A DNA stretch of 64,000 bases from an uncultured Gemmatimonadaceae bacterium (lineage in GTDB: Bacteria; Gemmatimonadota; Gemmatimonadetes; Gemmatimonadales; Gemmatimonadaceae). A program made the translations under genes and the position numbers. Position 1 is the first letter of the stretch. Each line of letters opens with the position of its first letter. The notes beneath the pieces were generated by a model, which saw only the letters and a list, made by a program, of their open reading frames with translations, was not told the DNA's origin and did no database searches. The stretch is taken from contig CAVUDW010000003.1 in the NCBI GenBank assembly GCA_963740355.1, positions 2,240,001-2,304,000 of the forward strand, given 5' to 3'. Shown here one piece after another: positions 60,658 through 64,000 of this stretch.

Positions 60658-61710
60658 TCAGTAGACGCTTCCCGTCGATGAGGTCAGCGCACCACTGGCC
60701 GCCGACAAGGTGTACGGCACGGCATCCGCAGTCGTCCACGTCGCAATGTTGAACTGCTTGCCCACCGGCACGTGCACGGTCGTCACCGGTCGAAAGACGA
60801 GCGGGGTCGATGGCTGGCAGACCCGCGTCGTCGGCGTCGCGACGCTGAGAAAGTAGACGCCGTTGCCGCTGCCGAAGACCGTCGCCGCACCAGTCCGTGT
60901 CACTCCCAGCGCCGACGTTTCATCGACCGCAATGCCACGCGGCGACGGCGACTGACCATCCTGCTGCAGTCGCGCGAGGAAGGTCACGCTCCGACCCATC
61001 CGATCCCGGGTCACGAAATGACTATCGGTGATCAGGTTCTGCAGCAGCGGGACCGTGAACAGCGAGCGTGCGAAGGTCACGCTTGCGTCGTACGGATTTG
61101 CCAGCACGGTCGCGGAGACGGATGAGACGTTGAGCGCGGAATACACGAACTCGCCCATCACGGCGAGGCCCGCGCTCGTGCCGCCGATCGGATATCCTGC
61201 CGCGACGCGCGCATTGACGGCGGTCTGCAGCGCCGTACCCGCCCACAGGTTTACATACGTCGATTGATCGCCGCCGGCCACGAAGACGACCTCCGCCTTC
61301 GCGATCGCATTGCTCACGTACGCGCTGTTGGCACCGGCAACGCTCGTGATCACGATCGACGTCACCGAGTTGGCACCAAAATTCATCAGGTACTTGTTGT
61401 AGCCGTTGGTGCCACTGGTGCGCAGCACCACCACGTCGCCATACAGGTTGGTGCCACGCGCGCCACCTTGTGCCAGCAACCAGCGCATGCCGACGTCGCT
61501 GTCGGTGCCACCACCGGCGAGCAGCGCGCCACCGAGCGGTGTGGTGACGGCATTGGTCGAACTGCCGGAGACATAGGCGGTGTAGCCCGGATCGGGCTTC
61601 GCTGCCAGGCTGACGTTCGACGGCAACGGCTCCTTCGTCGCGGTCGGCGAACCTGCACAGGCGGCGAGCACACTACAGACGACCATCGAAACACAGAGGC
61701 GACGAAACAC
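60658..61710 (-). CDS. Cyanophycinase-like (peptidase S51) lipoprotein
   Basis: Lipobox LAAC; motifs AGGDQ, GGTSAG, DSHF..RDRMGR and GIAVDE. Confidence 0.85.
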   Translation of the reverse strand: MFRRLCVSMVVCSVLAACAGSPTATKEPLPSNVSLAAKPDPGYTAYVSGSSTNAVTTPLGGALLAGGGTDSDVGMRWLLAQGGARGTNLYGDVVVLRTSGTNGYNKYLMNFGANSVTSIVITSVAGANSAYVSNAIAKAEVVFVAGGDQSTYVNLWAGTALQTAVNARVAAGYPIGGTSAGLAVMGEFVYSALNVSSVSATVLANPYDASVTFARSLFTVPLLQNLITDSHFVTRDRMGRSVTFLARLQQDGQSPSPRGIAVDETSALGVTRTGAATVFGSGNGVYFLSVATPTTRVCQPSTPLVFRPVTTVHVPVGKQFNIATWTTADAVPYTLSAASGALTSSTGSVY

Positions 61711-61765
61711 TTTACGCTCGCGGTGTGAGAAGCTGAACAGGAACTGCACAAGGAACGCTCGCACG

Positions 61766-62738
61766 TTACGCCGCAGGCATCGCGACCAACTCGCTGAAGA
61801 CACTGAGGTCGATGTTACCGCCCGACACGATCGCCACGATTGGTCCATTCCCCGCCTTGCCCGACAACGCAGCGGCCAGTGACAGCGCTCCCTGCACCTT
61901 CCGAGATCACCCGTGCCTTTTCCGCCAGCATTCGCAGCGCGCGACGGGTCTCCTCGATCGTCACCACCACGAAATCATCGGCGATCGGCTGCAGCCGCTC
62001 CCACATCCGCGGAAACATCATCCGCCCGCCGGCACCGTCCACGAACGTCGGCGTCCAGCCGGGAAATTCCTGCGCCGATCCCTTCGCGAACGACAACGCA
62101 GCCGGCGCGCCTGTTTCCGGTTCCACGCCGATCACGCGCACGTCTGGCTTCAGCGCCTTGATCGCACTGCCCACACCGACCAGCAGGCCACCGCCGCCGA
62201 CCGCGCCGATCACGGCGGTCACCGACGGGAGGTCCTCGAGAATCTCGAGGCCCATCGTCGCGTGTCCCGCAATGAAGTCGTGGTCGTCGAAGGGATGTAC
62301 GAAGACACCGTCCATGCCCGGATACGCACGCTCGCCCATGGCGGCCCACGCCACGTTCACCGGCACTGGGATCAACGTCGCGCCCAGCGCACGCATGCGA
62401 TCGAGCTTCGCCTTCGGTGCTGTCTCGAGCACGACGACCGTGCACGGAATACCCGCCTGGCGCGCCGCATACGCCACGCCTTGCCCGGCATTGCCGGCGC
62501 TGATCGTCCACACACCGCGCGCACGCTCGTCCGGCGGAATCAGTGCCACCGCGTTGGCCGCACCGCGCAGCTTGTAGGAATTGATCGGCTGCAGGTTCTC
62601 GAGCTTCAGGCGGATGTCGGGAAACTCCGGCCCGAGTTCCAGCTTCACCAGCGGCGTACGAATGACCGTCCCTGCAATTCGCTCACGCGCCGCGCGAATG
62701 TCAGCCAACGAGATCGCGCGAACATCGGTGTCGGTCAC
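61766..62738 (-). pseudogene. PLP-dependent threonine/serine dehydratase with a +1 frameshift near 61891
   Basis: Motifs KLENLQ..SYKLRGA, SAGNAG and VGGGGL. The conserved C-terminus (ALSLAAA...IVSGGNID) continues in a shifted frame to TAA at 61766-61768. Confidence 0.85.
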
Positions 62739-63160
62739 GGCTTCCTGGCAGTCGTCGTGATTTCGATCACCCCTTTCTCGTGCCCCGGACCGCGCATCTG
62801 GATCGCGCGGTTCTGCTCCAGATATCGCATCTCGACGACGGATGACGCCTTCACGGTCTGCAGCACCTCGATCGAGGGCTGGCGATTGTCATCGATGTAG
62901 ATCACGACTTCCGTCGCACCGCCGCTCACACCACCATCCATGTTGGAATTGGATGTCCGTCCCCGCGACGGGCTGAGCCACTGCGGCCGCATCGTCCTGA
63001 TCACATCGAACGCCGTGTTCATGGTCCCCGAGGCTTCGGCCATGTCATCGGTCGTGATGCGATTGCGGTCGCCCCGCTTCTTGGCCTGTGCCTCGAGGTC
63101 GTGCGGCAACGCAAACACGGTCAGTACGAGCAGCAATCCAGCCAGCAAGAAGCGTCGCAT
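62735..63160 (-). CDS. Small secreted plug-like protein
   Basis: Signal peptide; AFDVIRTMRPQWL...GVIEITT resembles a TonB-receptor plug. Confidence 0.7.
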   Translation of the reverse strand: MRRFLLAGLLLVLTVFALPHDLEAQAKKRGDRNRITTDDMAEASGTMNTAFDVIRTMRPQWLSPSRGRTSNSNMDGGVSGGATEVVIYIDDNRQPSIEVLQTVKASSVVEMRYLEQNRAIQMRGPGHEKGVIEITTTARKP

Positions 63161-63334
63161 CGGGGTCTCCGCGGGAAGTAGGCGAATGGTCGAGTGTAGG
63201 CGTCACGCAGCGATCCGTCCACCCTGACGCCCCTCCACGCGCGACGGGCGCCGCTCCAGCAGCGAGCCCGGCCAAATCCATGTACTATTTCAATCACCTA
63301 TCGCCCTGGCCGCGTCTCACCCGGTGGAGTCCAC

Positions 63335-63943
63335 ATGCGTCCTGCTGTTGTCATCGCGTCGCTCGCACTCGCTGCGATTGCCTGTTCACGCACCAAACCA
63401 GCCAGCACCCCTGCGCCGGCCGGCGCCACACCGACCGTCGCTGCGGCCCCTGCGGGCACGCCACCCGCTGGCGCACCAGGTGCACCCGGCGGCCCCGCGG
63501 CGCCACGCCGCCGTGTGCCACCCAACCCGATGCAGCAGGACACCGTGCGGCGCGCCATGGTCGATTCCCTCCTCGGCACCATCGCTGGGCGCGAGAACGA
63601 ACCCGCCGGCACCGTCTTCAAGAACGTGAAGCTGCTCAAGGACATGCCCGCCGGCGAATTCCTTCGCACCATGGACACCCAATACGGCCGTGGGCTGGGC
63701 TGGACCTGCAGCAACTGTCACGTCGCCGGCAAGTTCGAGGACGACTCGAAGAAGAACAAGCGCCTCGCACGACAGATGCAGGAGATGCAGAACTACATCA
63801 ATCGCACGTCGCTTTCCGGCATGAAGGAACTCGACGTCGAGCACGACAACGCCACCTGCGTCATGTGCCACCACGGGGCGAACGAGCCGAAGGGCACGAT
63901 GGAAGTCCCGCTGCCGCTCGCTCCGGTTCGCACCAGCAACTAG
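63335..63943 (+). CDS. Diheme c-type cytochrome lipoprotein (reaction-centre cytochrome c-like fold)
   Basis: Lipobox AIAC, Pro/Ala linker, FKNVKLL, and heme motifs CSNCH and CVMCH. Confidence 0.85.
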   Translation: MRPAVVIASLALAAIACSRTKPASTPAPAGATPTVAAAPAGTPPAGAPGAPGGPAAPRRRVPPNPMQQDTVRRAMVDSLLGTIAGRENEPAGTVFKNVKLLKDMPAGEFLRTMDTQYGRGLGWTCSNCHVAGKFEDDSKKNKRLARQMQEMQNYINRTSLSGMKELDVEHDNATCVMCHHGANEPKGTMEVPLPLAPVRTSN

Positions 63944-64000
63944 CCGCGCGCAGGCCTCTCGGACCTGACCGCGCAGCACGCCCGCGTCAACGCGCGGTCA

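Noticed and set aside
47621..61900. Shared programmed +1 frameshifting mechanism across three genes
   Set aside because: The contexts differ (CTTC, CTTG, GGGA), I saw no common stimulator, and the genes are unrelated. Indel error is the simpler explanation.
63335..63943. Evidence of phototrophy (pufC)
   Set aside because: The protein has only two heme motifs and there are no photosynthesis genes in the window.

Overview
This 64-kb high-GC bacterial chromosomal window is densely coding, with about 58 genes. The gene repertoire (plug-only and carboxypeptidase-regulatory proteins, an Ig/TolB lipoprotein, a BTAD regulator, many secreted amidohydrolases) suggests Gemmatimonadota; this is inference only. 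I saw no rRNA, tRNA, CRISPR array, integrase or transposase. Recognisable metabolism includes an xylB-xylA operon with a TIM-barrel and a Gfo/Idh/MocA gene, divergent glgA/glgC, tyrA, psd, a nucleosidase plus NCS2 permease pair, and a Ser/Thr dehydratase. The most noteworthy observations are: (1) a candidate leader-peptide attenuator upstream of a MATE efflux gene, with promoter, palindromic operator, 34-aa uORF, antiterminator and terminator; (2) a stand-alone, ketosynthase-free ACP/SDR/acyl-AMP ligase operon with two acyltransferases and a hydrolase; (3) a HEAT-repeat protein and an HD-GYP protein that share an apparently unnamed N-terminal domain; (4) a STAND ATPase with C-terminal wHTH-BTAD and phased CTTAA repeats upstream of its gene cluster; (5) a hydrolase whose intact N-terminus has no ATG/GTG/TTG start, so ATT is the best candidate; (6) three single-base +1 frameshifts, probably sequencing errors; (7) a nucleotidyltransferase two-gene module next to a duplication scar. 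Many start codons were re-picked by eye and are approximate.
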